This document shows, in pieces, positions 52,655-64,000 of a stretch of 64,000 nt of DNA. The notes under the pieces were generated by a model, which saw only the letters and a program-made list of their open reading frames with translations, ran no database searches and was not told where the DNA came from. Numbering within the stretch: the first letter of the stretch is position 1; each line of letters opens with the position of its first letter. The position numbers and the translations under genes are program-made. Source of the DNA: Macrostomum hystrix (taxonomy: Eukaryota; Animalia; Platyhelminthes); assembly GCA_950097015.1 (NCBI GenBank), contig CATNEN010000001.1:6696001-6760000 (forward strand). Direction: 5' to 3'.

Positions 52655-54072
52655 ATGGCTACATTTAGCATTGAGCCACTGGCTATAGCCAAGATTGTTT
52701 TGCACGCCTGCAAATATCCTCACGCTGCTGTTAATGGGGTAAGAAATTTGTCTTAAATATACAGCTTGATTTATATAACAAAAGCGTTATTGTTAAAATA
52801 TATAATTTACTTTACATTCTATATATTTAGGTGCTCCTAGCCAATAAGCCACCAGTTGACAAATCTGCAGCAGCAGAAGTTGACACAGTTGATTCGCAGA
52901 TCATTATTCGCGATTCTGTGCCTTTGTTTCACAGCAATCTCAACTTGGCGCCAATGTTGGAGGCTGCTCTAATGCAGATTGAGGCCACGTGCAAAGATTC
53001 TGTTATTGTTGGCTACTATCAGGTGAGCTGTAAATATAATTGTCTCAGTTAATATGCAGAACACTAGTTTAGTCTATGTGATATAATCTAGATATATGCT
53101 GCCTTGGAAGATAATTTTCAGTCTAATAGATTTCTTGTATGCATTAGTCTCACTAAGTCTCACCTTTTAGTAAATGAATAGTTGGTAGGCACTTGATAGT
53201 CTTTTGGATAATTTGTGGATACTTATTAGTCTATGGGATAATTTACAGTCGCTTGTCAGTCTATGGGATAATTTACAGTCGCTTATCAGTCTATGGGATA
53301 ATTTACAGTTGCTTATCAGTCTATGGGATAATTTACAGTCGCTTATCAGTCTATGGGATAATTTACAGTCGCTTGTCAGTCTATGGGATAATTTACAGTC
53401 GCTTGTCAGTCTATGGGATAATTTACAGTCGCTTATCAGTCTATGGGATAATTTACAGTTGCTTATCAGTCTATGGGATAATTTACAGTCGCTTATCAGT
53501 CTATGGGATAATTTACAGTCGCTTATCAGTCTATGGGATAATTTGTGGGCACTTGTTAGTCTATGGGATAATTTACAGTCGCTTATCAGTCTATGGGATA
53601 ATTTACAGTCGCTTATCAGTCTATCGGATAGTTTACAGTCGCTTAATCGCTTTTCTGTAGGTTAATAGTTCAGCCAGGTAAATTTTACTAAAATGTGAAA
53701 TGCAATTCACAGGCCAACGAGTTGCTAAGCAACACCTCCCCAGATGGTGTTGGCGCTCAAATCTATCAGAAGATTGCTGATAATTGTCCGATTGGCAAGT
53801 CTCTGTACATCCTAGTTGACAACAAGACCATAGACAGGGATTGCTCCAGCATTCCTTTGATTTATTATCAACGCCGCGAGGGTGGCAGCCAACGATTGGA
53901 CAAACTGCCCAGCTCCTCCGTGGCCATAGACAACGAAGCGGATTGCCTAGCAACAATATCCGGCCTGCTAAGCCGGCAAGCCTACCGCGGTCTAGTGGAT
54001 TTCGACAACCATTTGGACGACATCGGATTGGATTGGACCAATGCTAGACTAGCTGAACAAATGTGCGGTTGA
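52655..54072 (+). CDS. EMC8: ER membrane protein complex subunit 8/9 (UPF0172, MPN-like), 211 aa
   Basis: Exons: 52655-52738, 52831-53022, 53713-54072. Motifs: [61 protein letters not shown]. Confidence 0.93.
53200..53645. repeat. 30-bp minisatellite (CTATGGGATAATTTACAGTCGCTTATCAGT), EMC8/9 intron 2
   Basis: About 15 tandem copies. Confidence 0.92.
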
Positions 54073-54521
54073 ATTTGACTATTTTTGATTATTTCGTTGT
54101 TTTCCATACTGTGTTTTACTTAGGGTATTGTTGTTTTTTTTGTCTATTTTGTGTCCGCTAAATTCAAATTTAGAGAGCTCAGAAAGCTCTGTTTTTTGTT
54201 TCGTCATCAAATAAATAAACTAATTAGTAATGATTTTTTAGATTGCTTGAGCAAATAAGGAACATTCGATTTAAATATATGTGCAATGTTTACTTTTCTG
54301 TCTCTAAATTACGAGTACTATGCTGTTTTGTTAGAATCGCTCCAGAATGTAATTCGGCGCACTCATTTATGAGTTTAAAATATAAGATTATGTTACTGTG
54401 TGAGTGTTGTTCAGCTAAGTAAATGTGAAAACCCGATAAGTGTGCTATTAAGCAGCTTTGCTAAAGGCTTTAAATGTAAAATGTGTGATTTTTATTTTTA
54501 TTTTTTTTCTTACAAACATAT

Positions 54522-55420
54522 TAGATAATTAGTCCCTCACCTTAGTCACCTAGATAATTAGTCCCTCACCTTAGTCACCTAGATAATTAGTCCCTCACCT
54601 TAGTCACCTAGATAATTAGTCCCCCACCTTAGTCACCTAGATAATTAGTTCCTTACCTTAGTCACCTTGATAATTAGTCCCTCACCTTAGTCACCTAGAT
54701 AATTAGTCCCCCACCTTAGTCACCTAGATAATTTGTCCCTCACCTTAGTCACCTAGATAATTAGTCCCTCACCTTAGTCACCTAGATAATTAGTCCCTCA
54801 CCTTAGTCACCTAGATAATTAGTCCCTCACCTTAGTCACCTAGATAATTAGTCCCCCACCTTAGTCACCTAGATAATTAGTTCCTTACCTTAGTCACCTT
54901 GATAATTAGTCCCTCACCTTAGTCACCTAGATAATTAGTCCCTCACCTTAGTCACTTAGATAATTAGTCCCTCACCTTAGTCACTTAGATAATTAGTCCC
55001 TCACCTTAGTCACCTAGATAATTAGTCCCTCACCGTAGTCACTTAGATAATTAGTCCCTTACCTTAGTCACCTAGATAATTAGTCCCTCACCTTAGTCAC
55101 CTAGATAATTAGTCCCTCACCTTAGTCACTTAGATAATTAGTCCCTCACCTTAGTCACTTAAATAATTAGTCCCTCACCTTAGTCACCTAGATAATTAGT
55201 CCCTCACCTTAGTCACCTAGATAATTAGTCCCTCACCTTAGTCACCGGATAATTAGTTCCTTACCTTAATCCCTCACCTGAGTCACCTAGATAATTAGTC
55301 CCACACCTTAGTCCCTCACCTTAGTCACCTAGATAATTAGTCCCTCACCTTAGTCACTTAGATAATTAGTCCCTCATCTTAGTCACCGGATAATTAGTCC
55401 CTCACCTTAGTCACCTTAGT
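54522..55420. repeat. 29-bp minisatellite (GATAATTAGTCCCTCACCTTAGTCACCTA) between EMC8/9 and SLC35F5
   Basis: About 30 tandem copies. Confidence 0.93.
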
Positions 55421-55565
55421 TTAATCAAATTCAAGTTAAATTTATTTTGTGGTTTACCACAAAATAATACCACAATACCACAATTTATATGTGACATGCA
55501 GGCTTATAAACTACCCGTGTTTTTTCAGCTCAAGCACAGATACAAAGTACCTGTCAATCACTGTC

Positions 55566-58500
55566 ATGGCACCTGATTCGTCTTCCCAGGTGCGGTCCCA
55601 GCAACAGCAGCAGCGCAGCCAGAGTTGCTTTAGTTTTGCTAGTCTCGTGCATCCAAGAACCAGACTAGCAGTCGGAATATCCTGTCTATTAGGTGTTGTC
55701 ATCATCTGGGTGTTATCCTCGGAACTAACTAGATTCATCTTTGTTAAGGAACACTTTAATAAGCCATTTTTTACAACATACTTTAAGACAACATTGTTCA
55801 CATTGTATCTCACTGGGTTTCTGTTTCTACCCGGTTGGCGTCGATTGTGCAGCAAAACTGCCAATATTGGCCAACATCGGCGACAGCGACGCAACGCCAG
55901 TCAGCGCCGGCGCGACGGCTACACTCGGGTTGGCGATGAAGCCTCTTCAGACGAGGAAGTTGATGGCAACGACAGGGAAGAAGTTGACGAAGGTGTCGCC
56001 GTGGATGGAGAAGAGAATGATGATGAACCGCCGCTATTGGTGAGTGTGAAATGTTGGATTCTTAAGGACTCTTGTATTCTTTGCAAGTATAAAGAACTTG
56101 GAGTGATGTGTAGTTAACTGGAATCAGCGAAGACAAAGTGGGTGTGATCAAAAAATTATATATCTGAAAAATTAGTAGGTTAATCAGCTGATTGACTGTG
56201 ATTAACTGTTGATGCTTTGATCAGCTGACTGACTGTTGACATTGATGCTTTGGTCAGCTGACTGACTGTTCACAATGATGCTTTGGTCAGCTGACTGACT
56301 GTTCACAATGATGCTTTGGTCAGCTGACTGACTGTTCACAATGATGCTTTGGTCAGCTGACTGACTGTTCACAATGATGCTTTGGTCAGCTGACTGACTG
56401 TTCACAATGATGCTTTGATCAGCTGACTGACTGTTCACAATGATGCTTTGGTCAGCTGACTGACTGTTCACAATGATGCTTTGGTCAGCTGACTGACTGT
56501 TCACAATGATGCTTTGGTCAGCTGACTGACTGTTCACAATGATGCTTTGGTCAGCTGACTGACTGTTCACAATGATGCTTTGGTCAGCTGACTGACTGAT
56601 GACAATGATGCTTTGATCAGCTGACTGACTGTTCACAATGATGCTTTGATCAGCTGACTGACTGTTCACAATGATGCTTTGATCAGCTGACTGACTGTTG
56701 ACAATGATGCTTTGGTCAGCTGACTGACTGTTCACAATGATGCTTTGGTCAGCTGACTGACTGATGACAATGATGCTTTGGTCAGCTGACTGACTGATGA
56801 CAATGATGCTTTGGTCAGCTGACTGACTGATGACAATGATGCTTTGGTCAGCTGACTGACTGATGACAATGATGCTTTGGTCAGCTGACTGACTGATGAC
56901 AATGATGCTTTGATCAATTGACTGGCAGTAGAAATGTGGGCTAAAACGGTGTATTCTGCTTCTTTCCAAGAAAGCAAGGTAATTTCTTCTTTGTCTCACT
57001 AATTGATTTTCTGTTTTTGCACCAATAATTGTTAATCAGCTGTTTCTGTTAACTGGTCTGGGCTTGCTTGTGAATGATCGCTTGAGTTCAGCTATTTTAT
57101 TTATAAGGCTTTGCTGTGGCACTTTTAATATAATAAACTAAAAGTACTCGGCTTGCTTGTCACGATCTGCTTTACAATTAGTTTAATAACTGTTGTTATT
57201 ATAGCCGAGAGAATCTTGGAAGCATTTATTGGATCTCATTCAATTTTGGTAAGAAAATACTATACAATATAACATTGATTATTTGATTAATATAATTTGC
57301 ACTTGTTGTAACGTTTTTTTCTCTGCACATACGGTGACCCATTATTCAGTAATATATTTTATTTGTTACATAATTAGTCAACAAGCCATTCCGGTGGTAT
57401 TATTAACTAGAATAAGTGACAATATTTTAGGTTTGAAAGTAAATAATACTTTTTTTTCGAGATGGCATTTACACATATTTTAAGTACCGTTATTAAAAAC
57501 AGTTTATTGGGAAAAATTCAATGTTAAATTTAACAGAGCGATCCAAGCTACGTGCCAGTGCACTTCGACTCGAGCAGCGACGCTGATAGTGTCGCCAGCC
57601 TGAGTATCAACTCGGATGTTGATTCTGTGCGGCCAGATAGAGCGGATCATTGTGCCACTGGATTAATGAGTGAGTTTCTTAAGGCATCTAGTTTTTTGAT
57701 GACCTTAATTCTAATATTTGATTATTTATTTAACTAAGCAGTGTGCAGCCCGACTGCACAGCCGCAGCTATTGCGCTATTACTGTTCAGTCCATTGACGG
57801 GGGGACGCCACACCCACCCCAATAACTACCCCAGCTGATGCTGGTACCCATTTAACAGCTGGGTGAACTGAAGCAATGCAGATTTCGGTGTCTAGCTAAG
57901 GGATATAGATTATTCCAATAAACTCAGGAATCGAACCATCGACCTTAAAGTCCTACTTTCTAACCACTTGGTTACTTGGTAATTTATGCGTCTTCTCCTA
58001 GGTCAAGTCGAAGAAAATGATCCTATTGTAAGACAAGACCATCAACCAGTAACTATAACAGGTATCCTGACAGAATTTTAATCCCAGTATTATTTGAAAT
58101 GTAAGCAATATTTTTTAATGTTTTAGTTTCCCTATTTTATCACACTTTTTTCAAAGACACATTTGACTTTTATTCCATAATCATGATGTCTAGTACATCA
58201 TTTTTGTTGTGTTTCAGTGTCTAAATTGAAATCGAATCTTAAAGGTAAAAAAATTATTTCAACTTTCTTATTAATTATCTATCTGATTCTGCTGTACTTC
58301 TGGTAAAATGGATAAGAAATATGCGAATGTTTAGTAAATTAGTTCAGATTGTTTATGTACCGCAGATTGCTAATCCGGGTGAATTAAATAATTTAATGTG
58401 AATCTAAAGGACCAACACAAGAGTATTCTTCTTATATTTTACTCGACAAATGTGTAAAATATAAGCCAGAGTAGGCCTATATAGGCCTAGGTCAGAATAG

Positions 58501-61500
58501 GTTGCGACAGGGGAGGGGCGACAGAACGGAAAGTGAGGGTGTGAAAACCCTGGGGTGACTTAAGTGAAGAGTTAAAAAGCGATCGATAAGAAATGGGGGG
58601 TAGAGAGAATTTAGATGACTAGACTGAAAGGGTTTGCCCGAAGTGGGCACGTAGAAAAATCGATAAAGCGAGCGTAGATTGCGTGAACGGGGCAGGCAGA
58701 TAACACTGGGGAGCTTGAGAAGGAAGGGCGCACATTAAATAGGATTGGAGGATTGATTCCATAAAAAGGACAAGAACATTTCCTTTTGTATGATTGTGCT
58801 GCTGTGCATGTTGCTTTCGATTGGGTAAGGTTTTAGACAAAAATAATCGCTTCCATTGTTTTCTTAGTTTTTTCTCCATAATACTTTTTTAAATCCGCTT
58901 TCTACTGATTTACTAATAAAAAATTAATAAAAGTTTGTATGCAATGTTTTTTCATTCTATCGGCAAAATTGCAGTCACCACAGCGTCACCGACCAATGGT
59001 GACCAATCAGCTGGACTTCTGGAAGCGGCCGATCACAGCGCTACTGTGTCTAGCCAAGACGATAGCAGCATTGATAACAAATTAAATAATAATAGCAATG
59101 CGACAAACTCTAACAATGCCAGAGGCGTGAGATTCTCGCGTCTCTCAGAGGTGCGACAATTAAGCGACAGTCACGCGCACGCCGCTAATATGGCCAGGCT
59201 ATCTTATGCGGCCTATCTGAGAGCTATTGAAAATGGAAGAGATTTGGATCTAAATCAGTTTCATCGGCGAGTTGCGCCTCTGTCTGTTATGGAGGTGGCT
59301 AAGGTGCGTTTACAGAATTACTCTAGGGTAATGACCAACTCAAACAATGCCATTAGGTCAGGTTAATGACCAACTTAAACAGTAATTAAAGGACAGGTTA
59401 ATGACCAGCTTAAACAGTAATTAAAGGACAGGTTAATGACCAACTCAAACAGTAATCAAAGGACAGGTTAATGACCCGTTCAAACAGTAATCAAAGGACA
59501 GGTTAATGACCCGTTCAAACAGTAGTCCAAGGACAGGTTAATGACCAGTTCAAACAGTAATTAAAGGACAGGTTACTGGTTAATGACAAACTCAAACAGT
59601 AATCCAAGGACAGGTTAATGACCAGTTCAAACAGTAATCCAAGGACAGGTTAATGACCAGTTCAAACAGTAATCCAAGGACAGGTTAATGACCCGTTCAA
59701 ACAGTAATCAAAGGACAGGTTAATGACCAGTTCAAACAGTAATCAAAGGACAGGTTAATGACCAGCTCAAGCAGTAATCAAAGGACAGGTTAATGACCAG
59801 TTCAAACAGTAATTAAAGGACAGGTTACTGGTTAATGACAAACTCAAACAGTAATCCAAGGACAGGTTAATGACCAGTTCAAACAGTAATCCAAGGACAG
59901 GTTAATGACCAGTTCAAACAGTAATCCAAGGACAGGTTAATGACCCGTTCAAACAGTAATCAAAGGACAGGTTAATGACCAGTTCAAACAGTAATCAAAG
60001 GACAGGTTAATGACCAGCTCAAGCAGTAATCAAAGGACAGGTTAATGACCAGCTCAAGCAGTAATCAAAGGACAGGATAATGACCAGCTCAAGCACTATT
60101 ACCATTCCAGTTAGCTCTACTGTTCTGCTTAGTGTGGTTTCTAGGCAACTGGAGCTACCAAGAGGCTCTGAATCGCAGTCCAGCCGGTGTAGTGAATGTG
60201 GTATCAACATCTTCCTCTCTGTTCACTCTGTTGCTATCCGCCGCATTCCCATCTGAGCCAAGGGACAGGTTTTCGTTTAGCAAACTGCTGGCTGTGCTGC
60301 TGTGCTCAGCTGGTGTGGCCATGATCTCCTGGTCGGATCTGGCCGTGTTTCATCAGCACTCGCATGTGCCGTGGGGCACCGCATTTGCTCTGATTGGCTC
60401 CCTGTGCTATGCTATTTATTTGGTTATGCTAAAACGGAAGGCCAAATCTGAGACTGCGCTGTCGTTTCCTATGTTTTTTGGTGAGTTTTACAGAGCCTGT
60501 CTGTCTGTCTGTCTGTCTACCTGTCTATTTACCTGTTTATCAACCTGTCTCTCCACTTGTCTGTCGCCTGCCATTCTTCTGTCTGTCTTTCTGGTTTCAT
60601 AGTAATTAGATAGTACTCATGATTTCTTCTCTAGGCTTCGTCGGCTTATTCAACGCCCTTTTACTGTGGCCCGGCTTCTTTGTGGTGCATTTCACCCGGG
60701 TTGAACCGTTTCTGTTGCCTAACAATACCGACTGGGGCTTCATCACGCTGAATGGCATCGTTGGGACTACACTGTCTGAGCTGCTTTGGCTGTGGTGAGT
60801 CACGATTGTCACTCTACTCAATATACTGCTAACTTTAATCAATACACTACTCACCATACTCAATACACTACTCACCATACTCAATACACTACTCACCATA
60901 CTCAATACACTACTCACTATACTCAATGCACTACTCACCATACTCAATGCACTACTCACCATACTCAATGCACTACTCACCATACTCAATACACTACTCA
61001 CCATACTCAATACACTACTCACCATACTCAATGCACTACTCACCATACTCAATGCACTACTCACCATACTCAATGCACTACTCACCATACTCAATACACT
61101 ACTCACCATACTCAATGCACTACTCACCATACTCAATGCACTACTCACCATACTCAATGCACTACTCACCATACTCAATGCACTACTCACCATACTCAAT
61201 GCACTACTCACCATACTCAATGCACTACTCACCATACTCAATACACTACTCACCATACTCAATGCACTACTCACCATACTCAATACACTACTCACCATAC
61301 TCAATACACTACTCACCATACTCAATGCACTACTCACCATACTCAATGCACTACTCACTATACTCAATACATTACTCAACATACTCAATGCACTACTCAC
61401 CATACTCAATGCACTACTCACCATACTAAATGCACTACTCACCATACTCAATGCAGTACTTACTCTACTTAATACACTACTAGCTAAATAAATCTCGTTT

Positions 61501-62154
61501 TTTTCACTTCAGGGGCTGCTTCCTATCCACAAGTCTACTGGCCACATTGTCGTTGAGTTTAACTATTCCGCTAACTTTGGCTGCAGATTTTGTGATTGAT
61601 CGAGTAAGTTCTTGTTGAGTAGCATTTGTAAGATTTGTGTATATGCGAATTCTCAAAGAGTGACGTTTCTAGACTAAGTAGACCATTATTATTCTCAAAG
61701 AGTGACAATATCAGTGTGAAATATTTTTCACTCACAGGTGCAATACGACTGGCGCTTCTACTGCGGCAGTGTGCCAGTATTTCTATCTTTTGTCATTGTG
61801 GCCTTCTTAAGCAATTCGGACAATCCAGACTATGATCCGGCTTTGACATTTTTAACGAATTGCCGGCAGCTACTATGGGCTACGCCATCTGCAGGCGTCA
61901 ATGTTCGGGTTAGTAGCAGGAATCGGTCGGTTGCTAAGCAACGGCAGCACAGGCGTTTGACCCGAAGCGGCAACAATAATCGGGTCGCTCCATTGTCCGG
62001 CCCCTCGGTTTCAGTCTCCACCGCTGATGTGACTATTCAGGAGCCGTCTTTAACTCCGGCATCTTCTCGACTGGAAAATCAATCAATAGTCAGTGTTGAA
62101 CAATCGGTTCCTAGTGATAATCCTGCCCCTGTTGGTTCTGTTCAATCTGCTTAG
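55566..62154 (+). CDS. SLC35F5: Solute carrier family 35 member F5-like (EamA/DMT), about 657-677 aa
   Basis: Exons: 55566-56039, 57537-57669, optional 58002-58061, 58975-59303, 60111-60480, 60635-60794, 61513-61603, 61738-62154. Motifs: [99 protein letters not shown]. Confidence 0.92.
56180..56925. repeat. 33-bp minisatellite (GGTCAGCTGACTGACTGTTCACAATGATGCTTT)
   Basis: About 22 tandem copies in SLC35F5 intron 1. Confidence 0.93.
57738..57975 (-). mobile_element. SINE family A copy (diverged), SLC35F5 intron
   Basis: Aligns with 566-820, including CCCAGCTGATGCTGGTACC..TTTAACAGCTGGGTGAACTGAAGCAATGCAG and GGAATCGAACC. Confidence 0.8.
59325..60095. repeat. 35-bp minisatellite (AAGGACAGGTTAATGACCAGTTCAAACAGTAATCM), fills intron 59304-60110
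   Basis: Tandem copies; a variant with a TTACTGG insertion recurs 252 bp apart. Confidence 0.92.
60815..61480. repeat. 21-bp minisatellite (ACTCAATRCACTACTCACCAT), fills intron 60795-61512
   Basis: About 30 tandem copies. Confidence 0.93.
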
Positions 62155-62769
62155 AATTTCTGTTATCTAGCTGCATTTTTTTATGATTTTTTGCTGCATA
62201 GTACTTCTAGTAGGTTGGAATAAATATGGAGTAGCCTGTTATTTATGTATCTAAAAGTTATTCGAAACTGTTTTTAACGTTAAATCGCTGGAAATTCTCC
62301 CATTAAGTTTTGCCGAATCCCATCCTAATATTATCTATTGACGTTTCCCCAATCGCTTCATCGATTCTCCCTTTGATAGTTATCCTAAGTCTCTTCCTAA
62401 AGTTCTCTCACTTTTTATTCCTTAGTAAAATTGAACAATAAATAATTCCCAATTCTGTTTCATTCTGCAAAATACATTTCTTTCTTTCTGCGATATTTTC
62501 TTGCCAGTAAATCTGTTGGACTAACTAATTGGCCTAATTAATATCTTTGTTTAAAGCTGTTTAAAGCTGGAAACTTCATTTTATACGGTAAGAACATGTG
62601 TGTTGTGTACTATATTGTGGGAGACTTATGATGCATTGCGTCTTCCTAAAAAGCGTTCATCGTTTTTATATATTTTTTTATTATTTTAAGGTCAGTCCAA
62701 GTTTTAACGTGGCTAAATGAGTAACGACAATTAATGGATGCATCCATTAGCAGACTCTGATGTGGTAGC

Positions 62770-63155
62770 TGATAAATCAGCCAATAGCATTGCATGTGTT
62801 GGTGGCTGATGTATTATTTAAAAGCAGACTGTGAGGTGGCCGTTGATGAATTAGCCAATAGCAGACCGTGTAGTGGTAATTAATGTATCAGCCAATAGCA
62901 GACCGTAGGGTGGTTGTTAATGCATCAGCCAATTGCAGACCGTGTAGTGGTGATTAATGTATCAGCCAATAGCAAACACCGGGGTGGTTATTGTATCAGC
63001 CAATAGCAGACCGTAGGGTGATTGTTAATGGATCAGCCAATTGCAGACCGTGTAGTGGTGATTAATGTATCAGCCAATAGCAAACACCGGGGTGGTTATT
63101 GTATCAGCCAATAGCAGACCGTAGGGTGGTTGTTAATGTCTCAGCCAATAGCAAA
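62770..63155. repeat. About 34-37-bp tandem repeat, each unit containing TCAGCCAATAGCA (CCAAT box)
   Basis: About 10 AGCCAAT occurrences at regular spacing. Confidence 0.8.
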
Positions 63156-63884
63156 CCCCGAGGGTGAGGTGTTGGTTTTAAAATCTGTCCATAGCCAAGC
63201 ATGTAGAGGGAGGTTCTTAGCCAAATAATTAGTTACTGATTATTGCACTGAATCCCTTAAAGAGTGGCATTTTTAAACTACTCACCACTCCATTACGATT
63301 AGGCATAATAAATAATCTTAGGTGTTTTAAGCGATAAAATGGTTGTTAAATCAGTCTTTCTCGACTATATTAGTTTAGTTGCCATGGAAAACATTGCTTC
63401 TTTGGTAATGCTATTCTATTTCTGTTAGATGGGTTGTTATTATAATTTCATATATATTATAATTATTTAATTATTCAATTTTATTATCTAATTAGTGTAT
63501 TATTTGTGCAATACAGCAAAGAAATAGTATTTATATGTCTCGTACATTACAAAATCTTTAGATAAAAATTATTATTTTAAGCGTTTCTTAGATTTTCGTG
63601 TCTATCCATGATTGATAACTGTGCATATTTTTGTGTACTACAACAATTCTTTCACTATTCCATGGTTGCTTGTTTTCCAAATATAAAGTTATCGACAGAA
63701 GAAATGTATAGATTATTAAATTATAATTTTATAGCTATGCTATAAATGTGGTAGTTTTTGTTTCAATGAAACCTGCATAAATACGTGTTGCATATGAGTT
63801 CATTATAACAACTTATTTGAACATTTTCCAGGTTTGATGTTCAACACTTGATATTTTAGATTTTTGCATTTGAATCATCTAGGT

Positions 63885-64000
63885 ATGAGATTTCGGATCC
63901 GATAGTCTATTTGTAAGATTTCGGATCTGATAGTCTATTTGTGAGATTTCGGATCCGATAGTCTATTTGTAAGATTTCGGATCTGATAGTCTATTTGTGA
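63885..64000. repeat. 28-bp minisatellite (GATTTCGGATCYGATAGTCTATTTGTRA), runs off the window
   Basis: Four or more tandem copies. Confidence 0.85.

Overview
Intron-rich, repeat-rich animal genomic DNA with AT-rich introns and GC-richer exons. The style of intronic minisatellites and poly-Q proteins resembles a free-living flatworm such as Macrostomum; this taxon guess is inference only. Five spliced host genes were reconstructed by hand from GT-AG junctions with consistent phase: a 5'-incomplete PLEKHG7-like DH-PH RhoGEF (+, 4011-21936); a tandem-doublecortin protein with a poly-Q/IQ-motif tail (-, 25050-31759); cytosolic alpha-mannosidase MAN2C1 (-, 38437-49073); EMC8/9 (+, 52655-54072); and SLC35F5 (+, 55566-62154). 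A young Ty3/Gypsy LTR retrotransposon (44375-48735) sits antisense in MAN2C1 intron 2. Also present are two tRNA-derived SINE families (one with a CORE-like domain), a 109-bp hAT-type MITE, a second small TIR element, and about 25 distinct tandem arrays, many of which fill introns almost from splice site to splice site. Most long ORFs in the six-frame track are translations of these repeats, not genes. The points most worth follow-up are the DCX-DCX-IQ architecture with RFX X-boxes, the intron-filling hairpin-forming minisatellites (including a complementary, same-period pair bracketing three phase-0 exons), a possible trans-spliced EMC8/9-SLC35F5 operon, and locus-specific CpG decay.
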